This document shows positions 1 through 10,504 of a DNA stretch of 64,000 nt, one piece after another. Below the pieces are notes generated by a model that was given only the letters and a program-made list of their open reading frames with translations, searched no databases and was not told where the DNA came from. The DNA is taken from contig JACTTZ010000005.1 in the NCBI GenBank assembly GCA_015660915.1, positions 29,035 to 93,034 of the forward strand, given 5' to 3'. This stretch comes from Methanomicrobia archaeon. Its GTDB lineage: Archaea > Halobacteriota > Bog-38 > Methanoflorentales > Methanoflorentaceae. Within the stretch, counting starts at the first letter, position 1, and each line of letters starts with the position of its first letter. The position numbers were made by a program, and so were the translations under genes.

Positions 1-368
1 ACTGTCCCCGAGAGAGGAAGGAGAAGAGGATAAGCGATATCAAGCGGCCAATTGAAGCAAACGGGGAACCTAACGAATGTCTGCTTAACCAAGGATTCAT
101 GTGCATGGGGCCCGCAACGCGTAGCGGGTGCGGCGCGCAATGTCCACAAGTCAATGCACCGTGCACAGGCTGCTACGGAGCAACAGCGTCTTCATATGAA
201 CAGGGCGCGGCGATGCTAAACGTAGTCGCATCAGCATACGGCTTAGATGATGATGGCACAGTCGACTTAAACGAGATGACTAAGGACGTCTATGATCCAA
301 TAGGCACCTTCTATCGTTATACGCTGCCTGTTTCACTTATTAAGGCGAAGATCACCGAAAAGAGGTAA
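1..368 (+). CDS. NiFe hydrogenase small subunit, C-terminal part (Mvh/Vhu G-like); gene runs off the 5' edge of the window
   Basis: Frame of the 99..368 ORF stays open back to base 3. Cys-rich FeS-cluster motifs (CMGPATRSGCGAQCP...CTGCYG). Stop overlaps the large-subunit start (TAATG). Confidence 0.7.
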   Translation, partial: CPRERKEKRISDIKRPIEANGEPNECLLNQGFMCMGPATRSGCGAQCPQVNAPCTGCYGATASSYEQGAAMLNVVASAYGLDDDGTVDLNEMTKDVYDPIGTFYRYTLPVSLIKAKITEKR

Positions 369-1789
369 TGAATATGGGAAAGAAAATCACTTTAGAGCCC
401 GTATCGAGAGTGGAAGGTCACGCAAAAGTTACAGTAAACCTTAACGACGCAGGACAGGTTGACGATGCACACTTGCACATTGTTGAGATGCGTGGCTTTG
501 AAAAACTCCTGCAAGGGAGACCTATAGAAGATGCTCAGAGAATCGTAACGGCTATTTGTGGCATCTGTCCGGTCAGCCACCACCTTGCCTCTGCAAAGGC
601 GGCTGACAATACCTTCGGCGTTGAGATTCCACGTCCCGCTGCGCTGCTCCGCGAGCTTATGCATATGGGACAGATGATACACAGCCACACGCTGCACTTC
701 TTCTACCTTGCAGCGCCGGACCTCATATTCACGCCCGATGGCGATCCAAAGAAGCGGAACGTCTTTGGAGTGATTGAGGCAAATCCTGAGCTTGCAACAC
801 AAGTTGTCCTCAACAGAAAACGAGGCCAGGAGATGATACGGGCTATTGGTGGAAGAGCCGCGCCTGTCACCGCAAAGCCTGGCGGACTCACCAAGGGGAT
901 TACCGAAGACCAGCGTCAGAAGATGCTCAAGGACGCTCAGGACTCGATTGAATTCACAAAACTTGGCTTAGAGGTGGCTGCTCCGCTATTTGAGCAGTAT
1001 ATGGATGTCATAAAAATCCTTGGGGTCGTCAACACCCCCATGATGGGCTTAGTCAAGGACGGAAACCTCGAGATGTACGACGGAACGCTTCGCATGATGG
1101 ATACAGACGGCTCTATAATTAAGGAGTTTGATCCCACCAAATACGCGGACTACATTCAGGAGAATTACCAAGATTGGTCGTACCTAAAATTCCCGTATTG
1201 GAAGGAGAAGGGCTGGCCTGATGGTATCTATCGCGTTGCGCCGCTGGCCCGCATAAACGTGTGCGACAAGATCTCAACACCGCTGGCCAACGATATGCTC
1301 ACGGACTTTAGAGCCGCTTTTGGAAGGATGCCACAGCAGACGTTACTCTATCACTACGCAAGGCTGATTGAGTTGATGTACGCCAGCGAACGTGCTGTTG
1401 AGCTCCTTAACGATCCAGACATAACCAGCACAGACGTTTGGGCAAAGCCCGAACCGCGAGCGGCTACAGGCGTTGGCGTTCTCGAAGCGCCGAGAGGGAC
1501 GCTCATCCACGAGTACAGCACAAACGATGAGGGCTTCATAACGAAGGCCAACCTGATCGTTTCAACCGGTCACAACCAAGGAGCGATGGATTTGGGGGTT
1601 CGCGAGGCCGCGAAACTCCTGATAAAGGACGGCGAACCACAGGAAGGATTACTCAATCGGCTTGAAATGGTCATCCGAGCTTACGACCCGTGCTTCTCGT
1701 GTGCAACCCACACGATTGACGGACGCTGGCCAGTCAAACTTGAACTTGTGGGACCCGACGGAAGAACCAGAACGTACACCAACTACTAG
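368..1789 (+). CDS. NiFe hydrogenase large subunit (F420-non-reducing Mvh/Vhu-like)
   Basis: N-terminal RVEGH motif, CGICPVSH, C-terminal DPCFSCATH nickel-binding motif followed by a ~25-aa tail typical of the peptide removed by the maturation endopeptidase. Confidence 0.9.
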   Translation: MNMGKKITLEPVSRVEGHAKVTVNLNDAGQVDDAHLHIVEMRGFEKLLQGRPIEDAQRIVTAICGICPVSHHLASAKAADNTFGVEIPRPAALLRELMHMGQMIHSHTLHFFYLAAPDLIFTPDGDPKKRNVFGVIEANPELATQVVLNRKRGQEMIRAIGGRAAPVTAKPGGLTKGITEDQRQKMLKDAQDSIEFTKLGLEVAAPLFEQYMDVIKILGVVNTPMMGLVKDGNLEMYDGTLRMMDTDGSIIKEFDPTKYADYIQENYQDWSYLKFPYWKEKGWPDGIYRVAPLARINVCDKISTPLANDMLTDFRAAFGRMPQQTLLYHYARLIELMYASERAVELLNDPDITSTDVWAKPEPRAATGVGVLEAPRGTLIHEYSTNDEGFITKANLIVSTGHNQGAMDLGVREAAKLLIKDGEPQEGLLNRLEMVIRAYDPCFSCATHTIDGRWPVKLELVGPDGRTRTYTNY

Positions 1790-1891
1790 AAAAATTAGAA
1801 CTGATAAGGCAAAAATGCCTTATCTCCCACTTCTTTTTTGATTTTTTTAATATCTCTTGGATTTTCGCTTTCTAATCTTACATACCCAACG

Positions 1892-2872
1892 CTATCTACA
1901 AGCGACGGCGCCGATACCCATGATGGTATCCTGAGCAAAATCCCACACAACGACCTTCTCAGCGTTGTTCGTGATCTCAAGTTTTCTCGTTTCTGTGATT
2001 TCACCTATTTTCGCGGCGGCCATGCCGGCCTCTTCGAAGATGCTTACGACCTCTTGCACGTTCTGTGGTTGAACGGTTAACACGAATCCCATTCCTGGAT
2101 ACATCCGCAGCCATAGATGCATGTCCATGCCATCGGGGATCGGAATCCGGTCCAATTCTACGACAGCGCCCGCTTCAGAAACTTCGAGCAACATACCGAG
2201 TGTGCCGAGCAAACCTGGATTGCTGATGTCTTTTCCCGCCGTCACTAAGTGTTGTTGCGCGAGGCGAGGCATGGTCTGCAGCTGTCTGCGGAGCAGCTCG
2301 GGATGCTTCATCGTCGTCGTGTCCCAACAGAGACTGCACGATGGGTGGACCCTCCCGTCTAAGTCGACGGCAGCGAGGACGTCCTGTCCCTCTTGGGCCG
2401 TGCAGCTGTAAATGACCGAGTCAGTCTTTGCGGTGCCAATGATGGCCACGTCGAGCGCGTTATAAGTAGTGTCGGGGTGCACGTGCCCTCCAACGACCGG
2501 CACGCCGAATTTCTTTGTGGCTTCGCTCATGCCCGCCAAGACTCGGTTGCAGACTTCAGTCGAACTCGCCGAAAATACGTCGACCAGCGCCAGAGGGGTA
2601 CCCCCCATAGCTAAAATGTCGTGAATATTTACGAGGACTGCACAGTACCCCGCCCACTCAGGGTCCGCATCCATGAGCTTGGACCAGATGCCATCAGCAG
2701 CGATCAAAAGCGACTCGTCACCCCGCTCGATTACAGCGGCGTCCTCTCCAAAATTGCCTGTGCTGAGATCCGCGTCGAACCATTTCACGAGCGGACCTAT
2801 CGCGCGCTTCCGTGCGACGCCTTCAAAATCACGAACCGACTGCGCTAATTCGTCCAGTTTCATGTCGTTCAC
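1892..2872 (-). CDS. AIR synthase-related (PurM-like) protein
   Basis: 326-aa ORF with PurM-like N- and C-domain architecture (DAAV..ADG, GGH motifs). Convergent with the hydrogenase genes. Exact family (HypE-like or methanogen PurM-like marker) not resolvable by eye. Confidence 0.55.
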   Translation of the reverse strand: MNDMKLDELAQSVRDFEGVARKRAIGPLVKWFDADLSTGNFGEDAAVIERGDESLLIAADGIWSKLMDADPEWAGYCAVLVNIHDILAMGGTPLALVDVFSASSTEVCNRVLAGMSEATKKFGVPVVGGHVHPDTTYNALDVAIIGTAKTDSVIYSCTAQEGQDVLAAVDLDGRVHPSCSLCWDTTTMKHPELLRRQLQTMPRLAQQHLVTAGKDISNPGLLGTLGMLLEVSEAGAVVELDRIPIPDGMDMHLWLRMYPGMGFVLTVQPQNVQEVVSIFEEAGMAAAKIGEITETRKLEITNNAEKVVVWDFAQDTIMGIGAVACR

Positions 2873-2946
2873 AAAACATTAATAGGCATAGGGGGTTCTT
2901 ATATCCTTATACTGCTCCTATCTCTTGATTTCTGCGCTCGATTACT

Positions 2947-4713
2947 ATGGACCTCGTCGAGAAGTACCGTCCGAGAACTCTTTTAGAAGTGAGAGGCAAC
3001 CGCAAAGCTGTCGAAGAGCTCCGCCAATGGGCATTGCACTGGCCATCTGACAAATTGGCAGCATTGCTGTACGGTAAGCCCGGCACAGGCAAAACGTCAG
3101 CTGCAGCTGCGTTGGCAGCTGACATGGGGTGGCAGTTACTCGAGCTCAATGCCAGCGACAAGCGGACTCAAGGCATCATCAACGAAACGGCCGGAGAAGC
3201 GTCAAAAAGCGCATCTCTTCTAAACACCCAGAAACTGATACTGCTTGATGAGATTGATAACCTACACGGTACGTCTGATCGCGGCGGGGCAAAAGCGGTT
3301 ACTGAGCTCGTCAAAAAAACACGCGCACCTGTGATCCTGACCGCTAACGACCTGTACAGCGTTTCGCCAACGCTGCGCGGATACTGCAAACAAATAGCCT
3401 TTTTCGCTATCAGGGAGCAGAGCGCACAAAAAGCGCTCTTGGATATTTGGCACAACGAGAGAAGGGAAACCCTCCGCGCTCAAGAAGCGGTTGCTGACGT
3501 AATAACCCATCTTGAACAGCCGGAGCGCGCTTCTGAAGATACCGTCGAACTAAAGGCAATTAGCGCTGATCTCGACATTCTGTCACAGCTCGACTTTGAC
3601 CTCGAAGTCCTCCGTAAGATTCACAAAGCGCAGGAAGCGGCTGCTGGCGTAATGGCCCGTCTTGAACAGCCGGAGCGAAATGCAGGCGGCGCAGCCGAAC
3701 TAAAGGCAGTAACCGCAGATTTACAAGTGCTAACAGATTTGTCCGGTCAGCTTAGAAATCTGCAAGAGACACTCTCAGATGTCGGTCGCTCATTGGAGGC
3801 CGTCGATGTTCCCCTGATCGCGCAGATCGCGAAAAATGCAAACGGAGATCTGCGGTCAGCAATCACTGACTTTCAAGCGTACATCGGCGGAGCCCATGTG
3901 GGAACTGCGGCCCGCGATCGTGCTCAATCAGCTTTTGACTTGATGAGAAGCATCTTTAACGACAGAGACCCGACACGGCCCCTCACTATTTCGTACGCAG
4001 TGGACCAAACGCCAGAGGACCTTGTCCATTGGATCGACGAAAATCTCCCGCGCGCTTTGGAAGGAGAGGGGCTCGCGCACGCATATCAGGTATTGGGTAG
4101 GGCTGATATCTACCTCGGACGAACGAGGAAACGACAACACTACGGCCTGTGGAGATATGCCGCTGAGCTCATGACGTCAGGAGTGAACGTAGCGGCTCAT
4201 CATAACCACGGGCGACGTAATGCGGCCGCCAAGTATTCACCACCGACCCATTGGATGCGACTTGGGCAGACGCGGTCGAGACGTGCTTTACGGGATGGTG
4301 TTGCGTCCAAAATAGCCTCCGCAAATCACGTCTCTGCCGCAAAAGCGCGGGAAGAAATTGTACCGTTATATAAAGAGTTTGCACTAATAGACGCCGCAGG
4401 CATAACTGCAGCACTAAATCTGAGTGCCGAGGAGCTCGCGTTCTTAATGAGTGCTAAAAAGGACGCTGTAGCGGTGAAAAAAGCGTTGGAAGAAGCAGAA
4501 CGATTGATCGGCGAACAGATGCCCAAACATGAGCCGATCCCAGAGCACGGCGCGCCGGTCGATTTCGACACACAACATTCGAGACCTGAAGATTACGGCA
4601 ATTCAGCTTCAGAGTTGCGAATCTCGCACGGCAGCAAACAGCCAGCAGCAGACCTCGCCGACAAACGCAAAACCGAGGCCGATCGCGGACAAAAATACCT
4701 AGACGAGTACTAA
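2947..4713 (+). CDS. rfcL: Replication factor C large subunit with an internal duplicated insert
   Basis: N-terminus EKYRP...GKPGTGKTS (AAA+ Walker A), LLDEID box. At 588 aa it is longer than typical archaeal RfcL. Confidence 0.85.
   Translation: MDLVEKYRPRTLLEVRGNRKAVEELRQWALHWPSDKLAALLYGKPGTGKTSAAAALAADMGWQLLELNASDKRTQGIINETAGEASKSASLLNTQKLILLDEIDNLHGTSDRGGAKAVTELVKKTRAPVILTANDLYSVSPTLRGYCKQIAFFAIREQSAQKALLDIWHNERRETLRAQEAVADVITHLEQPERASEDTVELKAISADLDILSQLDFDLEVLRKIHKAQEAAAGVMARLEQPERNAGGAAELKAVTADLQVLTDLSGQLRNLQETLSDVGRSLEAVDVPLIAQIAKNANGDLRSAITDFQAYIGGAHVGTAARDRAQSAFDLMRSIFNDRDPTRPLTISYAVDQTPEDLVHWIDENLPRALEGEGLAHAYQVLGRADIYLGRTRKRQHYGLWRYAAELMTSGVNVAAHHNHGRRNAAAKYSPPTHWMRLGQTRSRRALRDGVASKIASANHVSAAKAREEIVPLYKEFALIDAAGITAALNLSAEELAFLMSAKKDAVAVKKALEEAERLIGEQMPKHEPIPEHGAPVDFDTQHSRPEDYGNSASELRISHGSKQPAADLADKRKTEADRGQKYLDEY
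3481..3744 (+). repeat. Internal imperfect tandem duplication (~114 nt units, ~40 nt spacer) inside rfcL
   Basis: Unit 1 caagaagcggttgctgacgtaataacccatcttgaacagccggagcg... and unit 2 caggaagcggctgctggcgtaatggcccgtcttgaacagccggagcg.... Encoded peptides are AQEAVADVITHLEQPER...ELKAISADL and AQEAAAGVMARLEQPER...ELKAVTADL. Confidence 0.6.
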
Positions 4714-5561
4714 GCCCGATCGACGAAAGCGCTCCCCCCCATTTGCTCGTTGAATCGCTTAAAGATCTGCATCATCACGCTGTTTTGTAGGAGGATTTCC
4801 TGCATATACTTGTGCGCGCGTTTCTTCGCGTACTTGTCTTCAACGAACTCGATGCCCGCGTAATCAACCCGCGTGAGGATGAGTCCTGAAGCAGGCGCTG
4901 ATCGAATCCCTTCAGTATGCCCATTTGGATCGAGCATGTTGCCAAACCACGCTACGCTTCGTTGTCCATTCCCTACAAGGGTCAGGGCAGTAACGAGTTT
5001 CCTCATCATGTTCCATACGAAACTGTCAGCCGCAACCTCAATGACAATGAAGTCATCCGACACTCGAACACGTGATGAGAAGACCTTTCGAACAGTAGAT
5101 CGACCTTTCTCGAGGCTGAAATTGCGAAAATCATGAACGCCTAGCAAAAGATCAGATGCTAGTCGCATAGCGTGAACGTCAAACTGCGCATCACACAAGA
5201 CATACTGATACTCACGCAGAACGGCGTCGCGGCGGGCATCGAACTGCATAGGTACGTCGGCTCGTGCCCACGTCCAGATATCCTTTGGCAACTGACTATT
5301 GATCCGCCGAGGGATTGCTGACGAACCTACCTCCGTTTCAAACGAAATGACGGCGTCGACAGCGTGTACTCCCTTGTCCGTTCTCCCAGAAGCCGTAAAA
5401 TGAGCCCCAGCTATTTCTTCAATCAATCGCGCACGTCTCAAGGCTTCGACAACTGCCGCCTGCACGGTTCGCCGGCCCGGTTGTGCCTGAAAACCTGCGT
5501 AATGGGTTCCTACGTACGCAAGCCGCAGGGCAACTCTTGATTTTTCCATGGATAGCGTCAA
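4710..5561 (-). CDS. truA: tRNA pseudouridine synthase A
   Basis: 283 aa; RLAYVGTHYAGFQ...GRTDKGVHA (catalytic Asp region) typical of TruA/Pus1. Confidence 0.85.
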   Translation of the reverse strand: MTLSMEKSRVALRLAYVGTHYAGFQAQPGRRTVQAAVVEALRRARLIEEIAGAHFTASGRTDKGVHAVDAVISFETEVGSSAIPRRINSQLPKDIWTWARADVPMQFDARRDAVLREYQYVLCDAQFDVHAMRLASDLLLGVHDFRNFSLEKGRSTVRKVFSSRVRVSDDFIVIEVAADSFVWNMMRKLVTALTLVGNGQRSVAWFGNMLDPNGHTEGIRSAPASGLILTRVDYAGIEFVEDKYAKKRAHKYMQEILLQNSVMMQIFKRFNEQMGGSAFVDRA

Positions 5562-5801
5562 CTCAATAGAGCAATCACGTGATTTAAAGCTTTCAATGAT
5601 TGCGCGGCACAGTTCGACCTGATTGCTCCTAGCTTGCTGACCTTATGCTTAAGTGCCGTTCAGATGCGTTAAACAGCCCCATAGCCCCTCCATATGGTCA
5701 ACACTGAAGACAGTAACATATTTACCCCATACTCGTGATTAGCATAAAAGACGGGTGACTTTGGAACTCATGCAGAGCAGCTTCCTGGACCTACAGAAGA
5801 A

Positions 5802-6881
5802 ATGATGAAGGCGATTCTCGGGTTTGAAAACGGCGTTGCGGTAGTCGGCAAACATTTTGGAGCGAAGCGCACCGTGACAGGCGAGCTTGTGTTCGCCACT
5901 CCGTACACCGGTTACGTAGAGGCGTTAACCGATCCCTCCTATAACGGCCAAATCTTGCTTTTTACGTACCCACTGGTAGGTAACTACGGCATAAACTACG
6001 ATGACTGCCAATCAGAGAGCATACAAGCTGAAGGATTTGTCATCAGAGAACTCTGTGAGCACCCCACAAATGACCGAACGCTCGACGGGTTCCTCAAGGC
6101 TCACGACGTTCCCGGCATTTCGGATATCGACACGCGTATGATCACTATAATGATCCGTGACGAAGGCGCAATGCGGGCAAGTCTGTTACCTTCCACTCGA
6201 GGCGGAGACGCCGATGTGAAAAGGGCCATTGACCTTGCTCGCCGCGCACCAGATATCGCTGATCTTGACCTCCTCTCAGAGGTTACCTGCCCAGATGCGT
6301 ACCGCATTCCTGGCAAAGGGAAGCGTTTCGTGCTTATGGACTTTGGCGTGAAGCGGAACACGCTTAAAAACCTCCAGCGTCGCGACGTTGACCTAATCGT
6401 CGTGCCTGCCAATACTTCTGGGAAACAAATCATGGACTACGAACCTGATGCGATACTGCTTTCCAACGGTCCCGGAGATCCTACGCAGGCAAAAAAAGGG
6501 ATCAGTGTGGTGCGTGAGCTCGCAGGAACCCTGCCCATCTTCGGCATATGTCTCGGACATCAGATTATCGCGCTCGCCCTAGACGGAGAGACTTACAAAC
6601 TCAAGTTTGGACATCGAGGTGCAAATCAGCCCGTTTTGGATCTTCGAACCCAGCGGGTATACATTACCGCACAAAATCACGGTTACGCCGTGCGGAACGA
6701 CGAACGGGACAAGATGACGGTCACACAAGTAAACGCCAACGACAACACCGTCGAAGGCATTGCAAATGAATACCTGCATATTATGAGCGTGCAATATCAT
6801 CCTGAAGCGTCTCCCGGCCCACATGACCTCGAAAAATCGTTTTTCGACCACATTACAGAAGTCGCGGGTCGCCCCCTTTAA
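5802..6881 (+). CDS. carA: Carbamoyl-phosphate synthase small (glutaminase) subunit
   Basis: 359 aa; class I glutamine amidotransferase signature GICLGHQ; sits immediately upstream of carB. Confidence 0.9.
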   Translation: MMKAILGFENGVAVVGKHFGAKRTVTGELVFATPYTGYVEALTDPSYNGQILLFTYPLVGNYGINYDDCQSESIQAEGFVIRELCEHPTNDRTLDGFLKAHDVPGISDIDTRMITIMIRDEGAMRASLLPSTRGGDADVKRAIDLARRAPDIADLDLLSEVTCPDAYRIPGKGKRFVLMDFGVKRNTLKNLQRRDVDLIVVPANTSGKQIMDYEPDAILLSNGPGDPTQAKKGISVVRELAGTLPIFGICLGHQIIALALDGETYKLKFGHRGANQPVLDLRTQRVYITAQNHGYAVRNDERDKMTVTQVNANDNTVEGIANEYLHIMSVQYHPEASPGPHDLEKSFFDHITEVAGRPL

Positions 6882-6914
6882 AGGGGCGAATCCCCTGAAG
6901 AACGCTGATGAATC

Positions 6915-9900
6915 ATGCCTAAAAGAGCAGACATAGAGAAGGTACTACTCATCGGCTCCGGTCCGATCGTGATCGGTCAAGCAGCCGAGTTCGATTTCAG
7001 CGGAAGCCAAGCGTGTACCTCGCTGCGAGAAGAGGGTGTGAGGGTGGCATTGGTAAACTCAAATCCTGCGACCATTATGACCGATCCGAACATGGCGGAC
7101 GCGGTGTACATCGAACCTCTCAAGCCCGACATTGTAGCTGCGATCGTACGAAAGGAACAGCCCGATGGAATCATCGCGGGTCTTGGTGGCCAAACGGGCC
7201 TCAATATTACCGCCGAACTGGCGGAGATGGGCGTTTTAGCAGAAAACGACGTTGAACCTCTTGGAACGCCACTGGAAACTATCTACATGGCCGAGGATAG
7301 GGAGCGGTTCAGGACAACGATGGAAGACATCGGAGAAGGGGTCCCGCGAAGCCACGCGGTCTACGACTCGAACGACTACCAATGGTTAGCCAGCGAACTC
7401 GGGTTGCCCCTAATCGTCCGATCGGCGTACACTCTTGGCGGTGGTGGAAGCGGCATCGCCAGGACTGAGGCACAGCTCAAAGCCATCATCGAGGGCGGGA
7501 TCAAAAAGTCACGGATTGGCCAAGTCTTGGTAGAAGAAAGCGTCCTCGGATGGAAGGAGTTCGAATACGAGGTTATGCGCGATTCAGGAGATACCTGTAT
7601 CACCATCTGCAACATGGAAAACGTCGATCCCATGGGCGTCCACACGGGCGAGTCGATCGTCGTGACGCCCTCGCAAACTCTTTCTGACGTGGAACACCAG
7701 ATGCTGCGGAGCGCATCAATACGGATTATCAGGGCACTCAAGATTGAGGGCGGGTGCAACATACAATTCGCCCTAAAGGACGGTGAGTATCGCGTCATAG
7801 AAGTTAACCCGCGGGTGTCACGCTCATCGGCACTTGCTTCGAAAGCGACGGGGTACCCTATAGCGCGTGTATCAGCAAAGATCGCTATCGGGATGCGATT
7901 AAGCGAGATCCCCAACCGAGTTACCAACGAAACGCCAGCCTCATTTGAGCCGACCATCGATTATACGGTCATCAAGATACCGCGGTGGCCTTTTGACAAG
8001 TTCACGCGCGCGGATAATACCTTAGGAACCTCGATGAAAAGCACGGGCGAAGTCATGGCGATTGGTCGAACGCTTGAGGAGTCACTTCAGAAAGCCATCC
8101 GATCGCTCGATTTGGACATAGCGGTTTCCTTCGCCGAAGATCCCATCGACTCGATATCGATCCCGACCGATAAGCGACTATTTCAGATCTATAGCGCCCT
8201 CAAGCAAGGTCACGCTATCGAGGAAATAGCACAGCGTGCGATGATAGATCCATTTTTTATAAGGAAGATCTGGAATATCGTCAATTTTGAGGCGTACATC
8301 GAATCGAAGTACCGAAACGGGGACGCTAAAAGGATCAGCGCTGCAGATCTGCGACAAGCAAAGCGTCTCGGATTCACTGACCAGCAAATTGCCGACCTAG
8401 CAGGTCTGGTCCGCGAACATGTCACGGATCTCAGACATCGGAGAACACACAACATAACGGCAACATATAAGATGGTCGACACGTGTGCGGCCGAGTTTAA
8501 AGCCCAGACACCATACTACTACTCAACCTACGAGCAGCAGAACGAGATTGTGCCCTCAAACCGAACGAAAGTGCTTATCGTAGGGGCAGGACCCATCAGA
8601 ATAGGACAAGGGATTGAATTTGACTATTGTACGGTCCACGCGGTGCTCTCGCTGCGAGAAGAGGGCATAGAAGCGCATATCATAAACAACAATCCTGAAA
8701 CGGTTTCAACAGACTATGACACATCTGACAAACTCTTTTTCGAACCCCTGACGCTGGAAGACGTGATGAATATCATTGAAAAAGAGGAGCCTCAAGGCGT
8801 TCTTGTGCAATTCGGAGGCCAAACTTCGGTCAACCTCGCAATCCCTCTAGAGAGAGAGATGAAACGCAGAGGGTTTTCGACAAGAATCCTGGGCACGTCC
8901 CCCGATTCTATCGACATTGCCGAAGACCGAGATCGGTTTTCGAAGCTATTGGAGCGACTTTCTATACCCCAGCCGGAAAGCGGTTCCGCGACGTCGCGCG
9001 AGGGTGCAATTCGTATCGCACGAGAGATCGGTTATCCGCTACTCGTGAGGCCTTCATACGTCCTTGGGGGCCGCGCTATGGAGATCGTTTACGATGAGTC
9101 TGAGTTAGACCGTTATATCGAGGAGGCTGTGAAGGTATCGAGACAACACCCGGTGTTAATCGATCGGTTCTTACAACACGCTGTTGAGATTGATGTCGAC
9201 GCGGTTAGCGACGGAGACTTCGTTCTGGTACCCGCCATAATGGAGCATATCGAAGAGGCCGGAATTCATTCCGGTGACTCGGCGGTCGTCATCCCAGCTC
9301 AATCGATTGACGATGAGACGCAAGAAACCATTAAGGACTACGTAACGAGAATAGCCAAGGCGTTGAACGTCGTTGGACTCATCAATCTTCAAATGGCGAT
9401 CAAAGACGGCACAGTCTACGTCCTTGAAGCAAATCCACGGTCGAGTCGGACGATCCCATACGTGTCAAAAGCTACCGGCTTGCCGCTGGCAAAGATCGCC
9501 GCCAAAGTGATCATGGGACACAGCTTGCGAGCGCTTTGTCCGATCGAACAAAAGATGAAGCATGTTGCCGTGAAAGAGGTGGTGCTCCCCTTTGAGAAGC
9601 TGCCCGGCGTAGATCCGATATTAGGCCCTGAAATGAAGAGCACGGGAGAGGTCATGGGTATAGATTACGACTTCGGAAGGGCATTTTACAAGGCGGCGCT
9701 TGCGAGCGACAATGAACTCCCACTTTCAGGCACAGTGTTTATTTCGGTAAGGGACGAAGACAAACCTGAGTTGTGCAGCATCGCAAAATCGCTGCACAAC
9801 GCCGGATTCAAATTATTGGCAACGCTTGGCACAGCAAACTATCTACGGGAGCACAGCGTCGCAGTTGAAAGGGTGCCAAAACTCACCGACAGCCCAGAGC

Positions 9901-10157
9901 TTCTGGACATGATGCGCAACGGCGGGATACAACTGATAATAAACACCCCGACTTGGAAGCAATCACGACTTGACGGAGAGGTGCTGCGGCGTGCAGCTGT
10001 TGATAATAGCGTGCCTTACATAACAAGCGTTCAAGGAGCTCGAGCGTCGGCCGACGCTATTCACACCATGCTTGAACATTGCGATAAGCCTCGCGCTCAG
10101 AATCTCACAATCAGGCCTATAAACAGCTATATTAGCGACATGTGGCCACAAAGCTGA
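6915..10157 (+). CDS. carB: Carbamoyl-phosphate synthase large subunit
   Basis: 1080 aa; duplicated ATP-grasp halves (GSGPIVIGQAAEFDFSGSQA / GAGPIRIGQGIEFDYC), MGS-like C-terminal domain. Confidence 0.95.
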   Translation: MPKRADIEKVLLIGSGPIVIGQAAEFDFSGSQACTSLREEGVRVALVNSNPATIMTDPNMADAVYIEPLKPDIVAAIVRKEQPDGIIAGLGGQTGLNITAELAEMGVLAENDVEPLGTPLETIYMAEDRERFRTTMEDIGEGVPRSHAVYDSNDYQWLASELGLPLIVRSAYTLGGGGSGIARTEAQLKAIIEGGIKKSRIGQVLVEESVLGWKEFEYEVMRDSGDTCITICNMENVDPMGVHTGESIVVTPSQTLSDVEHQMLRSASIRIIRALKIEGGCNIQFALKDGEYRVIEVNPRVSRSSALASKATGYPIARVSAKIAIGMRLSEIPNRVTNETPASFEPTIDYTVIKIPRWPFDKFTRADNTLGTSMKSTGEVMAIGRTLEESLQKAIRSLDLDIAVSFAEDPIDSISIPTDKRLFQIYSALKQGHAIEEIAQRAMIDPFFIRKIWNIVNFEAYIESKYRNGDAKRISAADLRQAKRLGFTDQQIADLAGLVREHVTDLRHRRTHNITATYKMVDTCAAEFKAQTPYYYSTYEQQNEIVPSNRTKVLIVGAGPIRIGQGIEFDYCTVHAVLSLREEGIEAHIINNNPETVSTDYDTSDKLFFEPLTLEDVMNIIEKEEPQGVLVQFGGQTSVNLAIPLEREMKRRGFSTRILGTSPDSIDIAEDRDRFSKLLERLSIPQPESGSATSREGAIRIAREIGYPLLVRPSYVLGGRAMEIVYDESELDRYIEEAVKVSRQHPVLIDRFLQHAVEIDVDAVSDGDFVLVPAIMEHIEEAGIHSGDSAVVIPAQSIDDETQETIKDYVTRIAKALNVVGLINLQMAIKDGTVYVLEANPRSSRTIPYVSKATGLPLAKIAAKVIMGHSLRALCPIEQKMKHVAVKEVVLPFEKLPGVDPILGPEMKSTGEVMGIDYDFGRAFYKAALASDNELPLSGTVFISVRDEDKPELCSIAKSLHNAGFKLLATLGTANYLREHSVAVERVPKLTDSPELLDMMRNGGIQLIINTPTWKQSRLDGEVLRRAAVDNSVPYITSVQGARASADAIHTMLEHCDKPRAQNLTIRPINSYISDMWPQS

Positions 10158-10504
10158 CAGTGAGGTTATGTGCTGCTTTAATCGGGGCGGGATAGGCGAA
10201 ACGGCTGCTTAAAGAACCGCGTCACTTGTCACAGGCACGCCGTTTCTGCGTTTGCAAACGGAAGTTGGTCACAAGAGACTGTAAGCAGCTAGGTCTTGAT
10301 GCCGTTGAAGAACTAGCTATCCTGCGCTTGTTAGCGTCGCGCTATCTGCTGGACAGAGAACCCCTTTAGTTCAAGCTTTGTTGAGCGTGGCGACTAATAT
10401 GCATCTGCCACTGTAATGCGTTAAGAGGCTCATAATTGACACTCGTTCGTTAATCCGCAGTGAAAACGCTTTTAAGCTCGCGCGTGTAACTGTGAAGCGA
10501 TATT

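Noticed and set aside
10158-10504. 350-bp intergenic region after carB with a ccgttt-N10-aaacgg hairpin; considered as a possible ncRNA
   Set aside because: It contains only short generic hairpins and no recognisable conserved RNA motif. It is more likely a terminator/promoter region for carB and the RDD gene.
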